Assembly: GCA_964449255.1 (NCBI GenBank)
Contig: CAYUYE010000002.1
Span: forward strand, 250,318 to 314,317
DNA: 64,000 nt
Source of the DNA: an uncultured Nitrospira sp.
GTDB taxonomy: Bacteria > Nitrospirota > Nitrospiria > Nitrospirales > Nitrospiraceae
Direction: 5' to 3'
In this document: one piece after another, positions 28,560 to 38,378 of the stretch
Numbering within the stretch: position 1 is the stretch's first letter
Layout: each line of letters opens with the position of its first letter
Translations under genes and position numbers: made by a program
The notes under the pieces: model-generated
What the model saw: the letters and a program-made list of their open reading frames with translations, nothing else
What the model was told of the DNA's origin: nothing
The model's database searches: none

Positions 28560-29701
28560 ACCGTGGTGAATGGCTCGGCCTCTTGGTCGCGCCGTCCGGT
28601 CAAGAAGTGGGGAAACAGGAAGGACCGGCGCGTCGGGACGGTCCCGGTGCCTGGGTCGGAGCGCTCCTGCTTGGGTTTGCGCTGGCCGGTTCGCTGTACG
28701 GCCTGTATCTCCTGGACGTTCCCATCGCCCGCTTCGTTCGCTCGCTCCAACATCCCCTCGGGTACCTACTCGACCCACGACTAGCCCAACTCAGTCAGTT
28801 GGGTGATTGGGCCGGAGGCGGCATTCAGCTGGTCTCGTTCAGCCTGGGGGTGTGGGCCATTGGCTGGCTGGCTGGGCGATCGGCCTGGCTCCAGGCGGGT
28901 GCGCAAAGTCTGCTTGCCCACGGTATCGCGGCGCTGTTGACGAACGGGTTCAAACGGTCCCTCGGCCGGCCCCGGCCGAAGTTTAGCCATGCCGGAGAGT
29001 TTCAGCTCTGGCCCTCCATGGACAACGGGTTCGACTCCTTTCCATCCGGGCATGCCGCTGCCTCGTTCGCCGTGGCGGCGGTGCTGGCCGCTCATGTGCC
29101 TCGAGCACGCTGGTTTTGGTATGGCCTAGCGGCTGCCGTGAGCGGGAGCCGCGTCCTTCGCTCGGCCCATTTCCCGACCGACATCGTAGCCGGAGCCCTG
29201 GTGGGCGTCGCAGTCGGCTGGGTGGTGAGCCACGCGCTCGCCCGATGGCGAGGTTCGTTGATCGAGGTGTTGGAGGGATTCACGCCCTATGCCGTGGCGC
29301 TCTTCGCCGTGCTCTGGATAGGCAGTGGCGCGCTCGAGCGTGATCAGCTCGCGATCGGGTTCTTTTGGGCCGGTGCGGTGCTTGCCGGCCTAGGCATCGC
29401 AGGGCGATGGTTGGGCGCCCCGTCGTCGAACAATTGGCTGGCAAGGACGACAGGACGGCTGGCCTGTTGGGCAACGACCGCTGGGCTGGCGCTGGCAACG
29501 GCCTCGGGGCCCGTTATGCTGCTCGGCGCGCTGTTGGTGCTTGGGCAGTGGCTCCGCGCGTCCTCTCTTCAACGGACTACCGGCATTGGCGGAGAGTCCC
29601 TGGTGCCGGTCCAGTGGTGGTCCGAGGCCATCAAGGCCGTGGCGCTCCTGCTCGTGCTGACCTTCCTTTGGAACCTCCCTGGCGCGTTCCCGCTGCGCTG
29701 A
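28547..29701 (+). CDS. PAP2-superfamily membrane phosphatase
   Basis: The three acid-phosphatase motifs are present (KRSLGRPRP, PSGH, SRVLRSAHFPTD), with additional TM segments at the C-terminus. Confidence 0.8.
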   Translation: MGAVNRGEWLGLLVAPSGQEVGKQEGPARRDGPGAWVGALLLGFALAGSLYGLYLLDVPIARFVRSLQHPLGYLLDPRLAQLSQLGDWAGGGIQLVSFSLGVWAIGWLAGRSAWLQAGAQSLLAHGIAALLTNGFKRSLGRPRPKFSHAGEFQLWPSMDNGFDSFPSGHAAASFAVAAVLAAHVPRARWFWYGLAAAVSGSRVLRSAHFPTDIVAGALVGVAVGWVVSHALARWRGSLIEVLEGFTPYAVALFAVLWIGSGALERDQLAIGFFWAGAVLAGLGIAGRWLGAPSSNNWLARTTGRLACWATTAGLALATASGPVMLLGALLVLGQWLRASSLQRTTGIGGESLVPVQWWSEAIKAVALLLVLTFLWNLPGAFPLR

Positions 29702-29702
29702 C

Positions 29703-31481
29703 TCATCGAGGAAAGGCGTGTTCGGGAATCGGTGGGCGTCCCGAGGCGGCGCCCGCCGGTTTTGGCGGCAGCTTCACAATCGGTTCACTGGCGAGCAGGC
29801 TGTAGCCCTTCTGTTCGAGCAAAACCTCAAATTGCTCGGTCTCGGCCGGTAGCTTCGAGCGGAGCCGGCTGGGGAGCAGAATCATCGTGCGTCCCGGTTC
29901 ACGCAGCAGCGGCGGCAGCTTCTCCTCCTCGCCCGGCCTGATGACCACGGTCTTGCGGCGCGCGTAAAAAATCCACGAAGGCTTGTGCGGCCCATAGGTC
30001 ACGAACCGGTCGTTCGGGCCGAGATTGTAGCCCGCGATGGTCGCCAGCAGTTGCGGGGGACTAACGAAGAATTCGTGAAACCGTGGGAGGAAGACATGGA
30101 TGACCACGAGCAGCATGCAGCCGATGCTGGTTGCAGCGAGCCAAAAGGCCCCGGGCCGCCGGGTCTCGGACTGGGCAAACAGGTGGGCTAGGGCCGTGCC
30201 GACTACGAGGATCCCTCCGGCCGCCACCGGCCCATATCCCGGATCGTGCTGACTCGCCAACGGGAATTCCCTTTCCACCACGGAGATAAACGTCTCATAC
30301 AGATAGGGGACCGACAGCAACGTTAACCCCAAGACGTATCCGGTGACTGTGAAGAGGACGAGGGCAAGCCTGAGTCTCGGGGGCTGCTCCTCCCTGCAGG
30401 CACGCAGCCAAAAGGACGCGGCGAGAATGGACATCGCCGGAAATAGCGGTCCGATGTAATGGGGCAGGCGCGTCGCCGAAAGACTGAAAAAGATGAAAAG
30501 GGACGCCGCCCAAGCCGCGGCGAACAGTTCCAATCGCTGGTCGCGAACGGGCGCCGGCGCTGGTCCCGCTCCGGCCTCTCCCTGTCGCCAATCGCCCCAC
30601 GTGTTCCACAGTCCTGCGATGGAAAACCCGCTCCAAGGGAATAGCCCGAACAGCACGATGGGCACATAGAAGAAGATGGTGCCGCCGTGGCCGCCGATGA
30701 TGGTGAAAAATCGTCCCACCGTATCGGCTTGGGCCGACGCCGTATAGTGTTCCCCGTGAATCCACCACATCCCCGCATACCAGGGCAGCGCCAGGGCCAG
30801 GGTCACTGCGCTTCCAAGCAACGGCCGTCCGCGCGCCCAAAAATCGCCCCATTGTTTCGTGAGGGTGAGGTAGGTGCCCGCGGCGAGCAGCGGCACGAGC
30901 AGTCCCACCGGACCTTTGGTCAGCGTGCCAAGCGCCATGCCGACATAAAAGAGCCACAAGGCCGGTCGCCACCGGACCTCATGATGGAGCCCGAGCCAAA
31001 ATCCGTAGAGAGACAGCGTCGTAAAAAAAATGAGCACACTGTCCGTGAGCGCCACGCGGTTGATCGCGACCATCTCGACGTTGAGGGCCAACATGAGGCT
31101 GCCCACCAGACCGAACCAGGGACCGCGAAGGATGGACAGGACGCCGTAGTGCAAAAGGACGAGGAGCAATCCGAAGACCGCGGCATGCAACCGCGCCGAC
31201 ATCTCATTGACGCCGAAGACGCGATAGGCCGCGCTCATGATCCAATAGGTCAAGGCCGGTTTGGCAAAGCGCGGTTCGTAATTGAGCGTCGGACTCATGT
31301 AGTCGCCCGACTCGACCATTTCGCGCGCGGCCTCGGCGTTGCTGCCCTCGTCGCGGTCCGTGAGGCCGAGATTGCCCAGGCCGGAGAAAAACAGAAGCGC
31401 GCAGAGGCCGATGAGCAGTGGCACGTGCCACCACACGGGCGCGCCAGTTGTTGCAGGGAGGGGGACGGCGTAAGGCATCAC
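29703..31481 (-). CDS. ArnT/PMT-like glycosyltransferase (GT39/GT83 type, polyprenyl-phosphate-sugar dependent)
   Basis: It is polytopic with an N-terminal DRDEGSNAEAAREM loop motif typical of ArnT/PMT_2 enzymes, at 592 aa. Confidence 0.75.
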   Translation of the reverse strand: MMPYAVPLPATTGAPVWWHVPLLIGLCALLFFSGLGNLGLTDRDEGSNAEAAREMVESGDYMSPTLNYEPRFAKPALTYWIMSAAYRVFGVNEMSARLHAAVFGLLLVLLHYGVLSILRGPWFGLVGSLMLALNVEMVAINRVALTDSVLIFFTTLSLYGFWLGLHHEVRWRPALWLFYVGMALGTLTKGPVGLLVPLLAAGTYLTLTKQWGDFWARGRPLLGSAVTLALALPWYAGMWWIHGEHYTASAQADTVGRFFTIIGGHGGTIFFYVPIVLFGLFPWSGFSIAGLWNTWGDWRQGEAGAGPAPAPVRDQRLELFAAAWAASLFIFFSLSATRLPHYIGPLFPAMSILAASFWLRACREEQPPRLRLALVLFTVTGYVLGLTLLSVPYLYETFISVVEREFPLASQHDPGYGPVAAGGILVVGTALAHLFAQSETRRPGAFWLAATSIGCMLLVVIHVFLPRFHEFFVSPPQLLATIAGYNLGPNDRFVTYGPHKPSWIFYARRKTVVIRPGEEEKLPPLLREPGRTMILLPSRLRSKLPAETEQFEVLLEQKGYSLLASEPIVKLPPKPAGAASGRPPIPEHAFPR

Positions 31482-31491
31482 ACGAGCCAGC

Positions 31492-31782
31492 TTAGGGATT
31501 GGGGCGCGGTGCGCCGGCGCGGGGCGTGCGATAGATCAACATCAAGTTCCGAATATACACGATTGCCCCCACGCTTTGCCCGGCGATGAACACGGGATCC
31601 ATGCGGTAGATGGCATAGGCGAGGGTGATCAGGCCCCCGATCAGGCTCATGTACCAGAAGGCGACCGGCACCCGGCTCTCGGCATGCCGTTCCGAAGCCA
31701 ACCACTGGACGACCCAGCGCATGAAGAACAGGCCTTGTCCGAGAAATCCGATGCTCAACCACGCAATCTCGCTCGTCGGCAT
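31492..31782 (-). CDS. small membrane protein with lipid-A-biosynthesis N-terminal (LAB_N) domain
   Basis: It shows the FLGQGLFFMRWVVQWLASE ... FWYMSLIGG pattern. The start was moved to ATG 31782, so it abuts the upstream GT2 gene. Confidence 0.7.
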   Translation of the reverse strand: MPTSEIAWLSIGFLGQGLFFMRWVVQWLASERHAESRVPVAFWYMSLIGGLITLAYAIYRMDPVFIAGQSVGAIVYIRNLMLIYRTPRAGAPRPNP

Positions 31783-31786
31783 CGGA

Positions 31787-32545
31787 TTAGGAACGCCCTG
31801 AGGTGTGGCGAGGAGGCTGGATGGACGAGATGCGATACCGCAGCACGCGCCGCTGCATCCAACGCACGGCCACCAGATCGTAGAGGCCCTTGAAGAGCCG
31901 GTTACCAACGCCGTATTTCGAGACACCGTGGGCGCGTGGATAGTGCCGCACCGGGACCTCGGTGACCGTAAACCCGTGCATCAAGGCCAGGGCCGGGAAA
32001 AAGCGGTGCATGCCGTTAAAGAGTTGGAGCCGATCGACCACCGTGCGGCGGAAGATCTTCAGCGAGCAGCCGGTATCATGCACGCGATCGCCGGTGACGG
32101 CACTGCGCACGACGTTGGCGACCCGTGAGGAAATCTTACGGGTGAGGTTGTCATGGCGATCCTTTCGCCACCCACACACCAGATCATACTCCATGACGAA
32201 CGGCAGCAAGGTGTTGATATCGGCCGGGTCGTTCTGGAGATCGCCGTCGATGGTGATGACCAGGTCGCCTCTGGAGGCGCGAAACCCCGCGTCGAAGGCG
32301 GCGGTTTGCCCGTGGTTTCGGTCGAGGTGCAGCACGGAGACGGCGGGGTAACGCGCGGCCATGTCGTTGAGCACGGCCTCGCTTCCGTCCGTGCTCCCGT
32401 CGTTGACGAACAGAATTTCGAACCCCGCGGCCTTCGTTTCCGGGCGCGCCTGGAGGACCTTCAACAATTGTTCCGTGAGGGAGGCGAGATTGTCGCGTTC
32501 GTCCTTGATCGGCACGATGACGGATGCCCAAATGGGAGTGCTCAT
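31787..32545 (-). CDS. GT2 polyprenyl-phosphate glycosyltransferase (ArnC/GtrB/DPM1-like)
   Basis: It has VIVPIKDE, FVNDGSTDGS and DGDLQNDP (DXD) motifs. Confidence 0.85.
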   Translation of the reverse strand: MSTPIWASVIVPIKDERDNLASLTEQLLKVLQARPETKAAGFEILFVNDGSTDGSEAVLNDMAARYPAVSVLHLDRNHGQTAAFDAGFRASRGDLVITIDGDLQNDPADINTLLPFVMEYDLVCGWRKDRHDNLTRKISSRVANVVRSAVTGDRVHDTGCSLKIFRRTVVDRLQLFNGMHRFFPALALMHGFTVTEVPVRHYPRAHGVSKYGVGNRLFKGLYDLVAVRWMQRRVLRYRISSIQPPRHTSGRS

Positions 32546-32639
32546 GGGTGTGGGGCAGTCCGGGTGAGGGGGAGGGCGGCGTTCAACGGGGGCATTCTAA
32601 CCAATGGGGCGGGGGTGGTCAAACCGACGTGGGTCGACC

Positions 32640-33254
32640 TCAGCGCCGTCCCGCAGTGGGAGCGCCGTCGGCTTGGGCGGTTGAGGCGACGGTGAAGCGT
32701 AAGGTTCCCATGAGGGAGATTTCGTTAATTTGCTCTCCGACGTGGATCTCGACTTTATAGCGACCTTCCTTCCACCCGCCGGTGGGCGAAGGAAGCCGCA
32801 AATAGCCCGTTTCGTCCTCCAGCGCGATCTGCATGGTGTCTTGCGTAACGAGGGCGGCCGGGTCGGCCCCATGGACCGTCTCGGGGTAACAGAGACCGAA
32901 TACCTTGAAGCCCTGATAGTGCTGGTGCAACTGAAAGACGATGAACACAGCGGGGGTTTCAGGGGCGAAACGATCGGTTGGACTCACGGGAACGATCTCG
33001 TGGGTTCGGCGGAAGCCGAGTTCCTCGTCGATGCCTTGGGCGGTGGCGATTTGGAGGAACATGCCCTGGGGCGGGGCATCGTAATCATAGGGGCGGCTGT
33101 CCTCCGCCCGGTTTTGAAACTGGTCGATGGGCACGTTCGGTGTCAGCGGCGTCTCTTCCGCCCAGGCCGGTTCCACACCGAATCCCGGTCGGACGTCGAC
33201 CAATACCCAGGACGCGAACAGTAGCAACCAGAGGCCAGCGGACGGTCTACGCAT
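32640..33254 (-). CDS. secreted hypothetical protein
   Basis: The signal peptide is MRRPSAGLWLLLFASWVLV, and I recognise no family. The start was moved to ATG 33254. Confidence 0.5.
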   Translation of the reverse strand: MRRPSAGLWLLLFASWVLVDVRPGFGVEPAWAEETPLTPNVPIDQFQNRAEDSRPYDYDAPPQGMFLQIATAQGIDEELGFRRTHEIVPVSPTDRFAPETPAVFIVFQLHQHYQGFKVFGLCYPETVHGADPAALVTQDTMQIALEDETGYLRLPSPTGGWKEGRYKVEIHVGEQINEISLMGTLRFTVASTAQADGAPTAGRR

Positions 33255-33339
33255 GCTCCTGCTCCTACACCCCCATCCAGGCACTGTCAAGCGAGGCACT
33301 CCCAAGCGAGCTACGATCTAAGCAAGCGAGCTCGGGGCG

Positions 33340-33369
33340 TTGCCGGGTGAAAAAGCGCTTTGCTACAAT
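33340..33369 (+). promoter_or_regulatory. candidate sigma-70 promoter (TTGCCG-N18-TACAAT)
   Basis: The -10 TACAAT at 33364-33369 lies 36 nt upstream of ATG 33406. This argues against the longer ORF start at 33340. Confidence 0.4.
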
Positions 33370-33405
33370 TGCTTCCCTAGGAATTACGAGGAAAGGGACT
33401 GGCTC

Positions 33406-34827
33406 ATGCTTCCACAGAACGTTGATCAAGTCGCTCAGCCCATGGGCGAATACCAACCGGTCGATCAGTGGCAACGCCACGTGAACACGATTTTTCAGGC
33501 CATTCGCGGTGACCGGGCGGGGGACTACTACCAGACGTTTGCCACCGCCGACTATCGGTTGGCCCATGCCTTGGCGGCGGATTACGTCGAGCGGGTCCGC
33601 GCACGCGACGCGAAGTCCTCACCCGAGCAGAAGGGGCGGCCGCTGGTTGTCCAGGAGTGGGGATGTGGGCACGGCAACCTGGCCGCCTGTTTTCTGACAC
33701 ACCTGCGGGCCCTGGATTCCACGGGCGCGATCTATCCACGCCTGCGCTACGTGCTCGTGGATTCTCGCGAGGAGGCGTTGGCGTCGGCGCTGGGCCATCC
33801 GGATTTGGCCCCCCACAGCGATCGGGTGGACACGCTGCTGGCCTCGGTGACCGATTTGTCGATGGTTGCGGCCGGATCGGTCGACCGCATTCTGTGTAAC
33901 GAGTTGTGGAACGAGCTGCCCACGAAACTGATCTCCAAGAAGAACGGCGAGGTCGAAGAGGAGCATGTCCGCCCGAACATGGGGGAATTCAAACATGCCC
34001 AGATTGAAGATTGGTCGGGATTTCTCCGCGCCTGGGGCCAGCCGGACGTGGCGCGGCTGCGCGAAGACTCCACGTTCTTCGATGAGTTGATCTGGGAGCG
34101 TGAATATCATCCGGTCGATTGGAAGGAGGTGCCCTACCGGAAGACCATCACCGAGTACCTCAAGCCGTTCGAGGATGAAGTGCTGATCCCCGTCAATCTG
34201 GGCGCCTTCGCCTGCGTCAAGGAAGCGCTCCGTGTACTGGCGCCTGATGCCATCGGGATGAGCGCGTTCGATGCGGGCAGCGCCGATTTCCAGATGTTGA
34301 ACAGCCCCGACAAGCCCTGCACCGGTCATTTCGGGGGGCTCTACAGCGTCATGGTGAACTTTGCCTTGATTGAAGCGGTCGCCAAACATCTGGGTGCCAA
34401 GCACCTGCAGATTGAGCCGCAGCGGGAATTTATAGGGCGCAGCCTCGGGGTGAACGTCATGCCGTTGACGGATTTGCTCGCGTCGCATCCCGACGTCGGC
34501 CGCCTGAATCGGTGGCAGCAAGACCGGCTCGTCGTCCAGACCCTGCAGGCCCTCAATGCGCACTATCGAAGTCCCTATCCACGAACGCTCCAGTTCCCGC
34601 TCTCCGCCGACATGCCGGAGGCGGAACGGGTGTCGCTCCAGCGTCAGTTGGCCGCCTTGTCTCGTGAGGGCGTGCCGCACACCGCGGCCTATCTCGCCGA
34701 GGAGGAAGTGATGGCCGCCCTGCCCGATCTGGAGACACTGGGATATGATCGTGAGGGGATCCTGATGGCCCTCAGCGCCCCACCAGCCGGAATCGACTAC
34801 ACCCACTGGTCGATACAGCCCAAGTAA
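33406..34827 (+). CDS. putative SAM-dependent methyltransferase, MidA/NDUFAF7 (DUF185)-like
   Basis: The motifs VVQEWGCGHGNLAACFL (E-x-G-x-G-x-G) and ILCNELWNELP resemble the MidA-family motifs as I recall them. The remainder is unrecognised. Confidence 0.35.
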   Translation: MLPQNVDQVAQPMGEYQPVDQWQRHVNTIFQAIRGDRAGDYYQTFATADYRLAHALAADYVERVRARDAKSSPEQKGRPLVVQEWGCGHGNLAACFLTHLRALDSTGAIYPRLRYVLVDSREEALASALGHPDLAPHSDRVDTLLASVTDLSMVAAGSVDRILCNELWNELPTKLISKKNGEVEEEHVRPNMGEFKHAQIEDWSGFLRAWGQPDVARLREDSTFFDELIWEREYHPVDWKEVPYRKTITEYLKPFEDEVLIPVNLGAFACVKEALRVLAPDAIGMSAFDAGSADFQMLNSPDKPCTGHFGGLYSVMVNFALIEAVAKHLGAKHLQIEPQREFIGRSLGVNVMPLTDLLASHPDVGRLNRWQQDRLVVQTLQALNAHYRSPYPRTLQFPLSADMPEAERVSLQRQLAALSREGVPHTAAYLAEEEVMAALPDLETLGYDREGILMALSAPPAGIDYTHWSIQPK

Positions 34828-35048
34828 TGCCTTCCGACCGGCGTGCCCCAGCCACGACAAGTGCTCGGGGAGTGGGGCTTATCTCTTGACTATTCCTTGA
34901 AATTTCTTTAGCCTCTGCCGCGATTTGGCCGTATTTTATCAGCAGTCCGACTGAAAGCGGTCTTATCTGGGAGCGGCGCCGTCGACGTGAAGTAGTTGCA
35001 GCGTGCCGAAAGCGGCTCCTAGCCCGTCACACCAAAGGATGCGCCGGT

Positions 35049-35312
35049 ATGTTTGGTTCATTCGGTTGGATGGAATTGCTGCTGATTTTGATCATTGTCC
35101 TGATCATTTTCGGCGCAGGGAAATTGCCACAATTGGGCGAAGGGCTTGGCAAGGCTATCAAGGGATTCAAGAAGACTGTCCATGAGGCGGATGCCATCGA
35201 CGTCACGCCGGGCGCGGAAGCCCAGGCTCCTCCGCCGGTGCAGCAGGCGCAGGAGGCCACGCCTCCCTCTCAGGCGGGAGCTGTGCCCCAGCAGACGACC
35301 AAGCAAGGATAA
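35049..35312 (+). CDS. tatA: twin-arginine translocase subunit TatA/E
   Basis: It has MFGSFGWMELLLILIIVLIIFGAGKLPQLGEGLGKAIKGFKK followed by a Pro/Ala/Gln-rich tail. Confidence 0.9.
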   Translation: MFGSFGWMELLLILIIVLIIFGAGKLPQLGEGLGKAIKGFKKTVHEADAIDVTPGAEAQAPPPVQQAQEATPPSQAGAVPQQTTKQG

Positions 35313-35544
35313 GACAGTAAGGATAAGAGGAACTCGAAGGGCAATCGTTTCAGGATGTTCAAGATGGCCATCATGTCACCCACCCATCCCCGGGTGATTT
35401 GTGACCGCGGCGGCCGCTCCGAGCAAGGTGAACACGGTGCTCATGGGGCGCGCGAGTAGTAACGCGTCGGGGTTGGGTGAGTGAATGGTGGTCATTTTCA
35501 ACATCCGACCGGGCGGTCGGATTAAGGAAACAAGGACGTCCGAC

Positions 35545-35832
35545 ATGTTTGGCCTGGGTGCTGGAGAGATCCTCATTATTTTGGTGATCGCGTTCCTGCT
35601 CTTTGGGCCGAAGGAACTGCCGGAAATCGGGCGTCAGGTGGGGAAGGCCGTGAAGGGCTTCAAAGAGACGGCGGATGACCTGCGAAAGACCGTCGAGCCG
35701 GAGCTGAACCTGATTCAGCAAGAAGTCAAAATGGCGCAGCAGGACATTGAGCTATCCATAAAAGAGGCGGAAGAGGAAATTACCCACGCCACTTCGGAGC
35801 AGGAGAAAAACTCGGAATCTAAGTCGGGGTGA
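35545..35832 (+). CDS. TatA/TatB-family protein (TatB-like)
   Basis: It has MFGLGAGEILIILVIAFLLFGPKELPEIGRQVGKAVKGFKE followed by an amphipathic acidic tail. The start was moved to ATG 35545. Confidence 0.75.
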   Translation: MFGLGAGEILIILVIAFLLFGPKELPEIGRQVGKAVKGFKETADDLRKTVEPELNLIQQEVKMAQQDIELSIKEAEEEITHATSEQEKNSESKSG

Positions 35833-36108
35833 GGCGTGTGGGCGTGGCCGAGCGTGAAGGAGAGGCGGGGTGACGCCCCGCACCGGCCGCGGGTAAAGCG
35901 AACAGACTGGGCGTTGGTTGAAGGATAACGCACCAGCCGGGCCAGGCCAAGCAAAGGGGGTGCGTCGGCCTTCTCGAAAATCACGCAGAGTGTGGGGTTT
36001 TAGTCACGGTGGTTCCCTCCCGTGACCCTGTTCTCGGAATGAGCCGGAACTGAGGCAAGGTCACATCAGGCCTCGTGTTGAGCGGATCAGCTCTACATTT
36101 CCTGTGGT

Positions 36109-36124
36109 GGGTACAGCGTTTGCT
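36109..36124 (+). promoter_or_regulatory. candidate sigma-54 promoter upstream of the porin gene
   Basis: gGGtAC-agcgt-TTGCt has GG and GC correctly spaced, about 100 nt upstream of ATG 36226. Confidence 0.3.
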
Positions 36125-36225
36125 GTGAGGTCAGAATGGATGCGTCCTGGCAGTGGGCACCGATCTGGGTTTCACGGGCTGTCAGTGGGGCAACGAGCTT
36201 TTTTATCTCTTACAGGAGGAGCGCT

Positions 36226-37893
36226 ATGAGACGGATTTTTGGACGACATGGGTGGCTTCGCCACTCGCTGGTCCTTGCGGCCGGGCTCCTGGTTGCAGGT
36301 CTACCAGTTCTCGCGACGTCCGCCTTCGCCGGGTATGAATTGCCGCCCGGGGAGCGGATCACTAACCTCCCGCCGATTCCTCGGGCTATCCCGCAGAAGG
36401 AAGCCTATGAAAATTACGATCCGATCATCGGACGGAATTTCGACCTGAAGAACCTCTGGCTCCGCGCGGATGTACGCGTCCGTCCAGAAATGCGGACCAA
36501 CACCTGCTTCGGCAACAATATCAACGCCAACGCGTCGTGTAACACCGCGACAACGTTCGGCACCCGGGGCAAAGCCAATGATCAGTACGTGCAACAGTGG
36601 GTACGCTTGGGTATCGGGTACGATCTGTCGCCCGACGTGAATTTCTACATGGAAATCATCGACGCGGCGACCTGGGGCGGGAACGGGAACAACCTCAATG
36701 CCGGCAACGGCGGCGATCCGCTAAACCATGCCTGTTCGTCCAACGCGGCCGGGCAGTGCCGTCTGGGCGTGCGCGCGGCCTACATGTTGGTCCGGAACTT
36801 GGCCGGCGTGCAGGGCTTGAGCATCAAGGCCGGCCGGCAATACGTCATCTTCGGCAACCACTCCTTGTTCGGCCACTTTGACTGGGCCAACACCGGTTAC
36901 TCTCATGACGGTGTCATGCTGAACTACAACTGGGGTGGAAAGAATGTCGAGAGCTGGTTGGGTTGGTTCCGTAGCTCAGAGAGCGATCTGGCGCAGGGCG
37001 CGCCGGTCGGCAGCGGCGGTCCCAACATCAACGGAACTGGCGGCAACGATGCCAATCGTGACGCCGACATGTTCATCTTCTACAACCAGATCAAGAACGT
37101 TCCTGGGATGTTGATCGAGCCCTACTACGTGTACTACAAGAACGGGTATGGGTCGACCGACAACCGGGGGTTTGGCCTCGGAACACCGAAGCACTCGAAC
37201 CAAACGAGACACACCCTTGGTCTCCGCAGCGAATTGCGCAAAGGGAACATTGACGCGATCAACGAAACGATCTACCAGTTCGGCGCGATGGGCGACCTGG
37301 GCGGGCCCAATGCCGCACAGAATGCCAACGGGCAGAGTAAGAATCTCCACATCAACGCCTGGGCGATGCGTAACTGGATCGGGTATACCCATTATCAGCA
37401 TGCCTGGAAGCCTCGGTTGGGCTTGAACCTGGACTATGCCTCGGGCGACGGACGGGCGATGTGTAACAACGGGCATGCGACCGGGTGTAAGTCAGCCAAC
37501 ACGTTCGAAAACTTCTTCCCGACAAACCACATCCACATGGGCTTAATGGACGTCCAGGCCTGGAAAAACATGTTGAGCCCTTCGGTCAACCTCCAGGCGC
37601 GGCCGAGCGCTGTGGACCACATCGAGCTGTGGTACACGAACCTCAATCTTGCCAACAAGCGTGATTGCTGGTATCGCGCGGCGCAGGGCTGCTATGTGTT
37701 CTCGCAATTCAACAACACCAAATCCCACATCGGTGATGAATTCGACATCAGCTGGACCCGCATGTTTGCTGACGGGAAGGTGTCCTTCCAAGCGACCTAC
37801 GGCACCCTGTTCTCGGGCGGCTACATCCAGCAGAACTTGAACACCAGCGTGAACCAGCACTGGGCCTACCTCCAGCTGTGGATGAACTTCTAA
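36226..37893 (+). CDS. outer-membrane beta-barrel porin
   Basis: A CAGGAGGAG RBS is present, with signal peptide ...LPVLATSAFA. It shows alternating aromatic/polar beta-strand patterning and a C-terminal ...LQLWMNF ending in Phe. The start was moved from 36136. Confidence 0.65.
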   Translation: MRRIFGRHGWLRHSLVLAAGLLVAGLPVLATSAFAGYELPPGERITNLPPIPRAIPQKEAYENYDPIIGRNFDLKNLWLRADVRVRPEMRTNTCFGNNINANASCNTATTFGTRGKANDQYVQQWVRLGIGYDLSPDVNFYMEIIDAATWGGNGNNLNAGNGGDPLNHACSSNAAGQCRLGVRAAYMLVRNLAGVQGLSIKAGRQYVIFGNHSLFGHFDWANTGYSHDGVMLNYNWGGKNVESWLGWFRSSESDLAQGAPVGSGGPNINGTGGNDANRDADMFIFYNQIKNVPGMLIEPYYVYYKNGYGSTDNRGFGLGTPKHSNQTRHTLGLRSELRKGNIDAINETIYQFGAMGDLGGPNAAQNANGQSKNLHINAWAMRNWIGYTHYQHAWKPRLGLNLDYASGDGRAMCNNGHATGCKSANTFENFFPTNHIHMGLMDVQAWKNMLSPSVNLQARPSAVDHIELWYTNLNLANKRDCWYRAAQGCYVFSQFNNTKSHIGDEFDISWTRMFADGKVSFQATYGTLFSGGYIQQNLNTSVNQHWAYLQLWMNF

Positions 37894-37920
37894 GCTGAGA
37901 CCCAGGCGAGAAAGGAGATC

Positions 37921-38349
37921 ATGCTCATGAAGAAGACATTGATGCTTCTGGCCGCCGCAGCGACGATGATGCTGTGCGCGCCAGTGCCTGACGTTCACGC
38001 ACAGGACGCGGTCGCCCATACCTACCAGGCGATTCAGCTCCTGACCGACTATCCTGGTGGGGGCAAGCGCTTCAGTGCCTATAAAGTCCCCGAAGATTTC
38101 GTGAAGACGTGGGGGGCCGATGTGCGCAACAGCGACGAGGCGTTGACGCATATTACCGAAGCCATGAACCAGGTTGGTGACAACATGGCTGCGAAGAAGC
38201 AGCTCGATCTTGCGCATTGCTATGCCAAGGCGCGCGAGCACAAGGAAGCGCGACTCTCGGCGCAGGGTGCCCTGCATTACCTGTGTCAGGGATCGAGCGA
38301 TGACAAGTGCCAGAACGTGCCGAAGTTCGGCAGCTACGTGGCCCCATAA
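37921..38349 (+). CDS. small secreted hypothetical protein (142 aa)
   Basis: An AAAGGAG RBS is present, with signal peptide MLMKKTLMLLAAAATMMLCAPVPDVHA. It lies 27 nt downstream of the porin gene and I recognise no family. Confidence 0.55.
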   Translation: MLMKKTLMLLAAAATMMLCAPVPDVHAQDAVAHTYQAIQLLTDYPGGGKRFSAYKVPEDFVKTWGADVRNSDEALTHITEAMNQVGDNMAAKKQLDLAHCYAKAREHKEARLSAQGALHYLCQGSSDDKCQNVPKFGSYVAP

Positions 38350-38378
38350 GGCGAGCGTAGACAAGGCAGTCTGAAAGT

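Noticed and set aside
33340-33405. The longer start (495-aa version) of the MidA-like gene.
   Set aside because: - It would begin inside the -35 element of the best promoter candidate.
- ATG 33406 has an AGGAAAGGGA RBS-like element.
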